Shown here piece after piece: positions 11,439 to 21,566 of a stretch of 53,391 bases of DNA. Every line of letters begins with the position of its first letter. Positions within the stretch are counted from its first letter, which is position 1. The translations under genes and the position numbers were made by a program. The notes under the pieces are model-generated. The model was not told the origin of the DNA. It worked only from the letters and a program-made list of their open reading frames with translations, and made no database searches. Source of the stretch: Histomonas meleagridis 2922-C6/04-290x (lineage: Eukaryota > Protista > Parabasalia); contig JAANOX010000262.1 in the NCBI GenBank assembly GCA_020184695.1, positions 1-53,391 of the forward strand, given 5' to 3'.

Positions 11439-12640
11439 TCAGTATTTATTTTTATCATATAATTCTTCATATAAAACATTATCATTACTCATTGTAGATA
11501 AATCTTCTATTACAGCGTTATTATGTTTTTTATAATGAATATAAATCAACAAGACAACGATCACCGCTACAACAACAAAAGCTACAACAGAAACACTAAC
11601 GCCAATAGCCGCAGAATTAGATTTTGATCCTTCAGATGCATCTGCACTTGTATTAAATTTATTTGAAACAGTAAATGTACTTGATTTAGTAAAACTATTT
11701 GTGAATGTATTTGATTTTGTAAATGTATTAGATTCAGTAAATATATTAGATCCTGTAAATGTTTTTGATTCAGTAAATGTGTTTGACTTAGTAAATGAAT
11801 TAGATTTAGAAAATTTTTTTACGCCGTGAATGAAGGCGATGGCCATGGAGAACACCCTTCGATTACTCCCTTTTGATATTTCAAGTGTACAAAATTTTTC
11901 ACTCTGATATGAATCTAATATCATAACATATTGTACCTGAGTCCCTTCGAAAGCATTTGATGCATATGATGTTGGCGAAGTATCACCAAGAAAATAAACA
12001 CATTTGAGATTACTGCAATCTTTGAATGCAAAAACATTGATTTCATTTAAATTTTTTCCAAGAATAACTGTTTCCAAACTCGAGCAATAACAAAATGCGT
12101 AATATCCTATTTTAGTAATTGAATCAGGAGTTACGATATTTTTTAATTCGTTACAATAATAAGCCATATATGACTGATTGTTGTTAGACTATTTCCTATT
12201 ATTCGGGAATACTTTTCAGATTTTGACTAAGCTTAACTGCCTCCAAGCTACAAGAAAAAAATGATTTTTTTCCAAGAGTAACAAGAGAGTCTGGCAAATC
12301 AATCGAGAACATGGAATTACAATAGCGAAAGCATTCATCACCTATTTGTGATAAGTTTTTTCCAAAGGTAATACATGCTAAAGCTTTGCATGCATAGAAG
12401 GCAAAAGCTCCAATTGAACGAAGAGAATCTCCAAGAGTAACATTTTTTAGCACAGCCCATTCATAAAATGCGGAATCTGATATGGTGTAAACACCATTTT
12501 CAATTATGAGATTGATAATTGTTGAACTATAGTTTGAAAAGTTGCTTTGATAAATTGTTGGTATGTTAGTAATCTCGAGGTTTTCTATACATTGAGCATC
12601 GCATAAGAAATAAGTGATTGCAACATTTTGATCACTGTTA
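11439..12640 (-). pseudogene. Divergent BspA-like gene, broken
   Basis: TpLRR frame ENGVYTISDSAFYEWAVLKNVTLGDSL (12199-12600) stops at KSIPE. IGNSLTTISH follows in another frame, then 11439-12167 carries LRRs, stalk, TM and tail. No clear start. Confidence 0.75.
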
Positions 12641-13077
12641 ATTCAATTTTTTCTAACAAAAAATACTTTAATCAAATTTTGAATTAAAACTTTAAATTTG
12701 AATGATTTACCGAAAATTGAATGCGTAGATAATTAAACGAAAAAAAATTATATTTGGGTAAATATTAGCCTTTATATAAAAAGTTGTATCGAACATTCAA
12801 CATTTTGGTTGTCTAATAGAGTGTAATCTTGGAATATGTACTCCAAATTGGATTATTTTGAAGAAACAAAATAGTATCTTGAAAAATGATCTATTTTATT
12901 TTTTTTTAAATTGGAATTTTGATAAAATTTTTTTTTCTTGTTGATTTTATGAAATTATTTCGAATTACATTATGTATAAATATACTCAAAGTCTAAAAAA
13001 TGTTTATACACATAAATTGATGCAAATAAAACGAAAAATATAATTTAAACACAAAACATTTTTATATAAAACATTAA

Positions 13078-14886
13078 TCAAATCCATTGGTCATTATCCT
13101 CCAGAATATTTTCTCCTATATTTTGATTAAAATCCTCAAATTTCATATCAACTGATGTCTTTTGTTCTTCTTGATTCGAATGTGTTTTCGTTTTAGAAAG
13201 TTTTTGATGTTTAATTACGAAACAAATAATTCCTATTATAAGTAGAACAGCGACAACTGCACCACAGATAATTCCAATTAATGCATTGGTGCTCAGAGAT
13301 TCGTTATTTTCATGATTAGGTGTAAACATTATATAGAAATCAGAATAATGTTGATAAAGAGAAGTGTAATAAATAACTGTGTACTCATATGAAATGATGT
13401 TTGTTTGATATGAATTATATAGAGATTGAATAATATGTATTGTGTAAAAAGAAACAGTTTGCGTAACAGAATATGAATTCATCAATACAAAAGAATGCGA
13501 AAATGTTACATCATTCGGCAGAGAATTAGTAAATGAATTTGACTGAGTGAATGTGTCACTTTGTGTAAATGAATTAGAATTAGAAAATGTATTCGAATAT
13601 GTGTTTGATTGAGTGAATGTATTTGATTTAGAAAATGTATTTGATTGTGTATAAGTGTTACTTTGAGTGAACAAATTTATTTTAGAAAATGTATTTGATT
13701 GTGTATAAGTGTTACTTTGAGTGAACGAATTTGATTTAGAAAATGTATTGGAATATGTATTCGATTCAGTAAATGTGTTTGAATGAGAAAATGTATTACT
13801 TTGCGTAAATGAATTTGATTTAGAAAATGTGTTTGACTGAGAAAATGTTTGTGTTGGCCATGGAAGACACTCGTCATTCGTTGTCCCTTTCGTTACATTT
13901 AAATATGCAAATGTGTCACTTGAATATGTTTCTTTAGTCATAACTGTCGTGGCTAAAACTTTATCAAATGGATCGTGAAATCGATTTTCTGGTATCGTTG
14001 GTGGTGTTTCTCCATAATAATAAATACATTGAAGTGATGAACATAATCTAAATGCATAAATATCAATTGTTCGAACTTTTTCACCAATAAATATCGTTTC
14101 AAGATATGGACATAATTCAAATGAATATCCTTCAATAGAAGTGATAGAAATTGGAATATGAAAATGTTCGTGTTGAATTTCCAATCGGATATGAAATTAA
14201 TTTCGTTATATTTTTTTATCATATAAAACTCCATCATTATAATAATTACAAAAAAATATAAATTTTCAGTTGAAACTTTAATAAATTGAAGATTTTTCAC
14301 ATTTATGAAATGGATTTACGCCTATCGTTGAAATAGAACTTGGAATATTAATATATTTTAATTGATTACAACTTTGAAACATAAGAGGTCCAATTATCGT
14401 TAATCCTTCTTCAAAAATGACTGTTTCAAGATTTTCACATAAGAGAAATACATTATCTCCAATTGTTATAACTGATTTCGGTATCGTGATATTGATTAAT
14501 GAATTGCATGAACTAAATGCAGTTTCAGATATCGTTCTTAAATTTGATCCTAATTTAATATTTCCTAATTTAGAACATGAACTAAATGCACTATTAGATA
14601 TTTTTTCCAAATTTGATCCCAATTCAATGGTTTCTAAATTATAACATGAACAAAATGCTTCTTCTAAAATTGTTTTAACTGAATCTCCAATTTGTGCTGA
14701 TGATAATTCAGTCCATTCATAAAATGCTTTTTCTTTAATTTCTTCAACTTCTTTAATTATAACATGTTTGGTTATATTTTTGTAATCTTCTGTAAATTCA
14801 CTCGTTTGAGTGATTGTAAATGTTTGTGTTGTATCATCATATGTTTGAAATGTACTAACAAAAAAGATTAAAATTAAAAATGAAAT
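13078..14886 (-). pseudogene. BspA-like copy 2: same LRR module as copies 1 and 3, different stalk/TM/tail, four homopolymer frameshifts
   Basis: Near-identical to 9158-10217 in reverse orientation. Extra bases in A/T runs near 14295, 14255, 14215 and 14162 split it into track ORFs 14278-15738, 13953-14300 and 13078-14184. Unique C-terminus ends IIGIICFVIK...LEDNDQWI. Could be an intact gene with sequencing errors. Confidence 0.8.
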
Positions 14887-14905
14887 ATTTCCTTTATTTT
14901 TATTA
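13840..14905 (-). repeat. ~1.06 kb inverted repeat of 9158-10217 and 16355-17417 (BspA LRR module)
   Basis: Similarity starts at TAATAAAAATAAAGGAAATATTTC and ends at CCAACACAAACATTTTCT in all three copies. Confidence 0.93.
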
Positions 14906-15724
14906 TGAACTTTTTTATTAAAATGATATACAGTAAAGTTATTCGTTAAATAAAAAATTGAAAGAATAATGAATATAAACAACGTGTTACTTGAGAATAT
15001 TTTATTTTTATTACAAAAAACACGTGAAAAAAGTTTGAGCTTGAAAAAATTTAAATAATAATAATCCGATTTATCCATTAAAAAATACAAAGGTTTGAGT
15101 TTCATCTGGATATGGGAATGAGTCAAAGAATATTTTTGAAATTCGTTACTTAAATTTTTTAACTTCTTAAAGATATTCTTTGGTTTATATAAATTACATG
15201 AAATCAGGCTTCTAAAAATATCGAATAATTTCCTTAATTTTTGAATATGTAAAGAATAAAGAAATGAGATTTTTGACATTTTGTTATTTATCTTTTGATT
15301 TGACATATAATTTAAACTGGTGTTCTGTTGGAAAGCAAATGTTGGCATTTTTTGATATTGATGTTTAAAATTTTTTTTTTCTTGTATAAAATGGAAACAG
15401 GAGATAATGCAGCAACTAAAGGTAAGCAATGTAAGTAATCTTGAAGATATTAGAACTATATTGAATCTTCTTGGTTGCTCCTGCTTCGAAATACATACAG
15501 CATCCATAATATAACTGTATTTTGTGCAAGAAGGGGTTAAGGTGCAAACCATAAATTGAATACTTATCGTCGTCTCGGCTTTTGACAAAGTATTGAAATC
15601 GTAAAAAGCCGCTTTGAAATGACAATAATTGAAATATTTTTTTAGACAACGATAGGAAATTTTATTGCTTTCCACATCACATGTCGAATAAATTTGCATG
15701 AAACATTTACTCCAATATTCCTTA

Positions 15725-18155
15725 TTTAAAGATATCAATTAAATCAAAATGAGTCAATTTTGAGTATTTATTAAAAATATACCTAAAAAAATTGTGTTTG
15801 GTTTTGAAAAATATATATCAGGAACAAATTAAACCTACACAAATGTGCAAAAGATTGACAATAAATATACGATGAAACTTTCTTCATATTCTTCATAAAG
15901 TTTTATAAATTAGTAAAGAGAAATGGAAAGTATGGTTGGCAGTTTTCATTTTGGTCAATAGAAAAGTGACATGTTCATCAACAATTTGTTCCAGCTTTTC
16001 AGAAGAGAAAAAAGTCAACAACTTTGGATAAAAATTGATGCGAAGCAAAGATATTCTTCAAATCGTGATAATTGTGTTTGCTATGAATACAATTGATTAT
16101 CAAACGATTTGGAATAAGCAATTAATGATTAAAGTAAAACATCAAAATCATTTTCAATTTTGTAACAAATTAATAAATATTCATCCACAAAACAAAATCA
16201 AATATTTTTCCATAAAAGAAGAGAAGAGTTTTCGTAATTCAATAAAATTATTCTTTCATATCAAAGCACTAAATAAAGATTTATACAACAAAATATTCTA
16301 TCATTCTTTAAATATCTTTAAGTTCATTGTTTAAAATCAATAATTTTTTTCTAATAATAAAAATAAAGGAAATATTTCATTTTTAATTTTAATCTTTTTT
16401 GTTAGTACATTTCAAACATATGATGATACAACACAAACATTTACAATCACTCAAACGAGTGAATTTACAGAAGATTATAAAAATATAACCAAACATGTTA
16501 TAATTAAAGAAGTTGAAGAAATTAAAGAAAAAGCATTTTATGAATGGACTGAATTATCATCAGCACAAATTGGAGATTCAGTTAAAACAATTTTAGAAGA
16601 AGCATTTTTTTATTGTATTAATTTAGAAAACATTGAATTGGGATCAAATTTGGAAATAATATCTAATGGTGCATTTGTTTCGTGTAATAAATTAAAAATC
16701 ATAAAATTAGGATCAAATTTAAGAACGATATCTGAAGTTGCATTTAGTTCATGCAATTCATTAATCAATATCACGATACCTAAATCAGTTATAACAATTG
16801 GAGATAGTGTATTTCTCTTATGTGAAAATCTTGAAACAGTCATTTTTGAAGAAGGATTAACGATAATTGGACCTCTTATGTTTCAAAGTTGTAATCAATT
16901 AAAATATATTAATATTCCAAGTTCTATTTCAACGATAGGCGTAAATCCATTTCATAAATGTGAAAATCTTCAATTTATTAAAGTTTCAACTGAAAATTTA
17001 TATTTTTGTAATTATTATAATGATGGAGTTTTATATGATAAAAATATAACGAAATTAATTTCATATCCGATTGGAAATTCAACACGAACATTTCATATTC
17101 CAATTTCTATCACTTCTATTGAAGGATATTCATTTGAATTATGTCCATATCTTGAAACGATATTTATTGGTGAAAAAAAGTTCGAACAATTGATATTTAT
17201 GCATTTAGATTATGTTCATCACTTCAATGTATTTATTATTATGGAGAAACACCACCAACGATACCAGAAAAATCGATTTCACGATCCATTTGATAAAGTT
17301 TTAGCCACGACAGTTATGACTAAAGAAACATATTCAAGTGACACATTTGCATATTTAAATGTAACGAAAGGGACAACGAATGACGAGTGTCTTCCATGGC
17401 CAACACAAACATTTTCTAGTTCAAATACATATTCCAATATATTTACTCAAAGTAACACTTATACACAATCAAATACATTTACAAATTCTAAATCATTTCC
17501 ACAAAGTAACACTTACACACAATCAAATTCATTTACAAATTCTAAATCAAATAAAATCTCTAAATCGAACAAATTTACTAAATCAAATACATTTACATAT
17601 ATTGATTCAGATTTAACATTCACGAATACTTATACTTTAACATATTCATTAACATTTACAAAAACATTATCATATTATGCAATATATATTAAATCATATT
17701 CCATTACAAATACTGAATCAGAATATCGATATATTTATACAGAAATTATTTATTATAATTATACAATTATCATTTATTCGACTTATTATGAATATTATTC
17801 CAATTTTTATTCAATATATTATTCGAATAAAAATATGAATGAAGATAACAATAACGATAATAACGAATTAATAATTATTGTAATTGTTTGTATTATCATA
17901 ATTATTCTGATTGTTATAACATTACTTGTTGTAATAATAAAAAGAAATCAAATACGAAAAATGAAATATGAAGAAGAAGAAGAATATACAGAAGAAGGAA
18001 ACACGAATATATTATCGATAGGGATTGGAATGTCACATATTGAAGAAGATCCATTTGCGAAAGATTTTAAAGAAAATGAATTCAATTCACAAATATAATT
18101 ATTTATTTTAATGTTATTGATAAATTTTTACATTTATTCCAACAAATCATATAAT
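15725..18155 (+). repeat. ~2.4 kb segmental duplication, copy B
   Basis: Direct repeat of 8520-10955; carries a 67-nt extra segment (15843-15909) and lacks the 80-nt segment 9061-9140. Confidence 0.95.
16374..18098 (+). CDS. BspA-like copy 3 (ATG-less; compensating +2/+1 homopolymer shifts)
   Basis: Frame open from ISFLILIFFV at 16374, with in-frame TAA at 16341-16343 upstream. A7 at ~17173 and A5 at ~17268 garble ~30 codons and then restore the frame. Same stalk, TM and EEDPFAKDF tail as copy 1. Confidence 0.7.
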   Translation: MSFLILIFFVSTFQTYDDTTQTFTITQTSEFTEDYKNITKHVIIKEVEEIKEKAFYEWTELSSAQIGDSVKTILEEAFFYCINLENIELGSNLEIISNGAFVSCNKLKIIKLGSNLRTISEVAFSSCNSLINITIPKSVITIGDSVFLLCENLETVIFEEGLTIIGPLMFQSCNQLKYINIPSSISTIGVNPFHKCENLQFIKVSTENLYFCNYYNDGVLYDKNITKLISYPIGNSTRTFHIPISITSIEGYSFELCPYLETIFIGEKKFEQLIFMHLDYVHHFNVFIIMEKHHQRYQKNRFHDPFDKVLATTVMTKETYSSDTFAYLNVTKGTTNDECLPWPTQTFSSSNTYSNIFTQSNTYTQSNTFTNSKSFPQSNTYTQSNSFTNSKSNKISKSNKFTKSNTFTYIDSDLTFTNTYTLTYSLTFTKTLSYYAIYIKSYSITNTESEYRYIYTEIIYYNYTIIIYSTYYEYYSNFYSIYYSNKNMNEDNNNDNNELIIIVIVCIIIIILIVITLLVVIIKRNQIRKMKYEEEEEYTEEGNTNILSIGIGMSHIEEDPFAKDFKENEFNSQI

Positions 18156-18830
18156 ATATCATCTGTATTAATTTATTATTTGCTTGTGTAAATACAAGTA
18201 TTGGAAGGCATTCAAAAAAAAAAAAAAAATTGTTCTGGATTCAACGAAAAGATTTCCAAACATTACAGTCGGATAATTTAATATTACCATAGTAGATGTT
18301 GCACACACTTCTTAAATTATTCCAATCAACTATTGGCGATTTTACTCCATTAAACCATAGAATATTCTATATTATCAAATTTTACAATTCTATTTTACAA
18401 AAACATTATCATATTATTAGCAGACAAAACATATTTATATTATTTTCTTAATACGCGTAAATAATTGTTTCGCGTGAACATTTTTTAATATCAAAATTTA
18501 AAGAATCTTTCGCCTATATTCCAAGCCAAAAATCATTTCTAATATCAATGTAACGATTTCCCTGTCAATATAAACGTTATCCTTAGATATCTTCAGGAAG
18601 ACACTCTCAAAAGGCATAACATAGTTTAAATTTAAATGTATAAAATATTTCTTAGCATGTATTAATCTTTTCTTTTGCTTTAAGGTAACTTCCCAATAAT
18701 TTTTTTAAATTAATTCATTTTCCTTTAAACACAATGCTATCGGCACGACGAAAAAAGAGGGTGATCATCTTCAATTCAAAATATGCGCCGGTGAAACACC
18801 AAACCGTCCAACCAACTTTTTCCTTTGTAA

Positions 18831-18837
18831 TCATTTT
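18831..18837 (+). promoter_or_regulatory. Parabasalid initiator (Inr)-like element
   Basis: TCATTTT immediately before the Rab ATG (18838), matching the TCAYT/W initiator described in Trichomonas. Confidence 0.55.
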
Positions 18838-19455
18838 ATGCCCGCATCCCAGTACAAAATTGTTTTAATAGGAACAGCAAATGTAGGCAAAACATCTATC
18901 CTAAAGCGTCTTAAGGAAGGACCAAGTTTTGATATCAATTCTATTCCACATACAATTAATATGTCAATATATTCGATAGCATATATGCCACCAAATGCCC
19001 CAAGTATTATCTTAAACTATTGGGATACTGCAGGACAAGAGCGTTTTGAATCACTTGGCCCAATGTATTATCGAGATTCAAATGCTGCTGTTGCAGTTTT
19101 TGATGTTTCAGAATTACAAACATTCGAGAAAGCAAAGCATTATATTGAAAACTTTCTTTCTAATTCAGGAAGTGATTCATCCGTTATAGTTGTTGCAAAT
19201 AAAATTGATCTTGTTCCATCCGAACAGTTATCAGAAACTCTAGAAGAAATAGAAACGTGGTGTAAAGGGAAATCGTACCCATTGTTTTTAGCATCAGCTT
19301 TAAAAGGAACAGGGCTTCAAGAAATTCATAATTATTTAGGGAAAAAATTTAATCAAGACAATTACGCCGGTGTTGAAGTTAAAGAAAGCAAAGCTGAAGG
19401 GCTAGCACAAGTTCCAGAACCAAATGATCAAAAGAAAAAAGGATGTTGCAATTAA
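18838..19455 (+). CDS. Rab-family small GTPase
   Basis: GTANVGKT P-loop, WDTAGQERF, NKID, SA motif, C-terminal CCN prenylation signal. Confidence 0.93.
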   Translation: MPASQYKIVLIGTANVGKTSILKRLKEGPSFDINSIPHTINMSIYSIAYMPPNAPSIILNYWDTAGQERFESLGPMYYRDSNAAVAVFDVSELQTFEKAKHYIENFLSNSGSDSSVIVVANKIDLVPSEQLSETLEEIETWCKGKSYPLFLASALKGTGLQEIHNYLGKKFNQDNYAGVEVKESKAEGLAQVPEPNDQKKKGCCN

Positions 19456-20225
19456 AGCGATTATTATTTTTTTTTAATAATTTTTTTCTAAATAAACAGT
19501 AAACTCATTTTTAGATTCTTCTTAAGAAAGCATTTGATATAATCAAAAGGAATTTTTGTGTATAAGTATTAACCGATTGATGTCAGCTTGCTCGAGAAAC
19601 TTATGAGGAGGAAGTCTTGTATAATTTGACAAAGCACAAATATTTAGATTGATGTGCCAGACTTGGCTACTACTAATAAGAAAACTAAAACACTTTAATT
19701 TATAATAAAATTTTATTTGTTAATCAATGATAAACAACAAAGGATATGTTAAAAAAGAAATATAAAAAAAAATATTAAAACTATTAACAACTTAGATTAA
19801 AGATAAATTTATCTATAATTATAGAGAATCTTTTTATTTAGATATCAATAAGCTTGAAAAAGAAATTGATCAAATATATCAAAACAAAATAAATCATATT
19901 ATTTCCAATTACTGTTAGTGTCTAAAAATTCTTGGGCAAAGTATAGGAATTTTAGAATGAAGATAATTTTTTTCTGTGGAAAACAGCTTCCTGATCATTT
20001 CTACTAACAGCACAGAAAAGTTATGGAGAAATGTTTATCGAATTTAACTGAAGAAACTATAGTTAAAAAATATTGCTTGTCAACATATAAGAACTCTTGT
20101 ATTCTTCCGAATGAAATAAAACAGATACATAAAAAAGAATTTTTATGTAATTTTAAGCACTTGATATTGTTATCTTTCTGGGGTATGCCACTTTTTGAAT
20201 GAAAATTTGGCCTGATTTAATGCCA

Positions 20226-21245
20226 ATGAACTTGATCTCTATTTTCGTATTGGCAGTTTCATGTGATAACTGGGCAGTGATACTGACAGGCACAAAAGGG
20301 TGGGATGAGTACCGTCATTCAGCAGATGCTTTCTATCAATATCATCTTCTTATCAAAAATGGATTTGATAAAAACAAAATCATTTTGATGAACTATGATG
20401 ATATCGCCCTCTCACCCAAGAACATGTACCCAGGACAAGTTTTTCATAATCTAAATCATTCTATAAATATATATCCAGGTTCTGAAAACATTCCCTACAG
20501 AGGCAAAAACGTCACATCTCAAAACATTTATAATGTCTTACTCGGAGACACCTCCAATGGGCCTGCACTTTTATCAAATGAGTCTGATAATGTATATATT
20601 TTCTACACTGGTTATTACTCCATATATTGTCTCACACTCCCAGACGACTATCTTTATTTTATAGATCTTGAGAAAACCATTCAACAAATGTCATCAAATA
20701 ATCGTTTCAGGCATCTTTTCTTTTTTACATCAGTCAATGCATTCTCAAGTGGCCTCAAACCTATACCAAATGTATATGTGTTGGTAACCACCAATGGAAA
20801 TCCAGTTTTTCCTGATCCATCACTTGGCAATATCCATTTATCTGGTGAATCCTCGCTTACAATGGCAACGTTCATAGAGCGCCATCCCGATGGAACGTTC
20901 AAAGACATGCTTGAATATTTTGATTTTTATGGTATCAAATTTAATGAGCTTGGTGACTCATCAATGAAATCTATGAAAATTTCGGAATTTTTTTATGGCC
21001 AAAACTTAATGAACCACGGATTATATAACGCGTTAAAGAAAATATTTGAGTCTGACGAAATGGAAAGCATGGACGAGTATGTGCCATCCAAAAACATGAG
21101 TTGTTACAAAAGCGCTGTTTCGGAACTTCGGAATTGTAAAAAATTCTTAAGCAATGAGGAATATAAAGAACTTAATCAACTTGCGTTTAAGATTAAATAT
21201 GTTAAAGGCAAGAAAATTGCTGAGGAAATAGCGAAACTTTGCTAA
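20226..21245 (+). CDS. Legumain/peptidase C13-like protein, catalytic dyad apparently lost
   Basis: NWAVILTG, YRHSAD, MNYDDIA, NMYPGQVF, YRGKNVT are C13 motifs. Start moved to the third Met (MNLISIFVLAVSC, signal peptide). Confidence 0.85.
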   Translation: MNLISIFVLAVSCDNWAVILTGTKGWDEYRHSADAFYQYHLLIKNGFDKNKIILMNYDDIALSPKNMYPGQVFHNLNHSINIYPGSENIPYRGKNVTSQNIYNVLLGDTSNGPALLSNESDNVYIFYTGYYSIYCLTLPDDYLYFIDLEKTIQQMSSNNRFRHLFFFTSVNAFSSGLKPIPNVYVLVTTNGNPVFPDPSLGNIHLSGESSLTMATFIERHPDGTFKDMLEYFDFYGIKFNELGDSSMKSMKISEFFYGQNLMNHGLYNALKKIFESDEMESMDEYVPSKNMSCYKSAVSELRNCKKFLSNEEYKELNQLAFKIKYVKGKKIAEEIAKLC

Positions 21246-21566
21246 AAAAAATTTGTTTTTATTTTTCTTTTTTAGATTTTCATATTAAATTAAATGCTTC
21301 AAAATATTTGTCGATATTAATAATTCATTATTACACTGTTAGTTTCATGAAAGTTATATTATTTCCTTCTTATTTTATTCCTTATGAAGTAATTAGTAGT
21401 CGTTGACTATAACTTTAGAAATGAAGAATTTTTTTTTCTATGTAAAACAACTTCCTGGTTATTGCAGATTTGTGAATCTAACAGCAATAAAATACCAGTG
21501 TAAAAAATTTACATTTTCAAGCTTATCATTTTTATTAGCAAAGAATTGGTGATTTTCTTAATAATG

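Noticed and set aside
18214-18229. A16 run as a retroposition tail
   Set aside because: No target-site duplication or element body; lies beyond the end of the duplicated block.
18394-18418. 25-nt match to the BspA stalk (10455-10479)
   Set aside because: Probably debris of another stalk; short and AT-rich, with no surrounding ORF.
20003-20015. ACTAACAGCACAG, similar to the Trichomonas intron 3' motif ACTAACACACAG
   Set aside because: One base too long, no convincing donor, and no gene model that needs it.
19700-20150. Protein-like fragments in intergenic DNA (also 27830-28140 and 5007-5458)
   Set aside because: Interrupted by stops, no recognisable family; may be old pseudogenes but cannot be supported.
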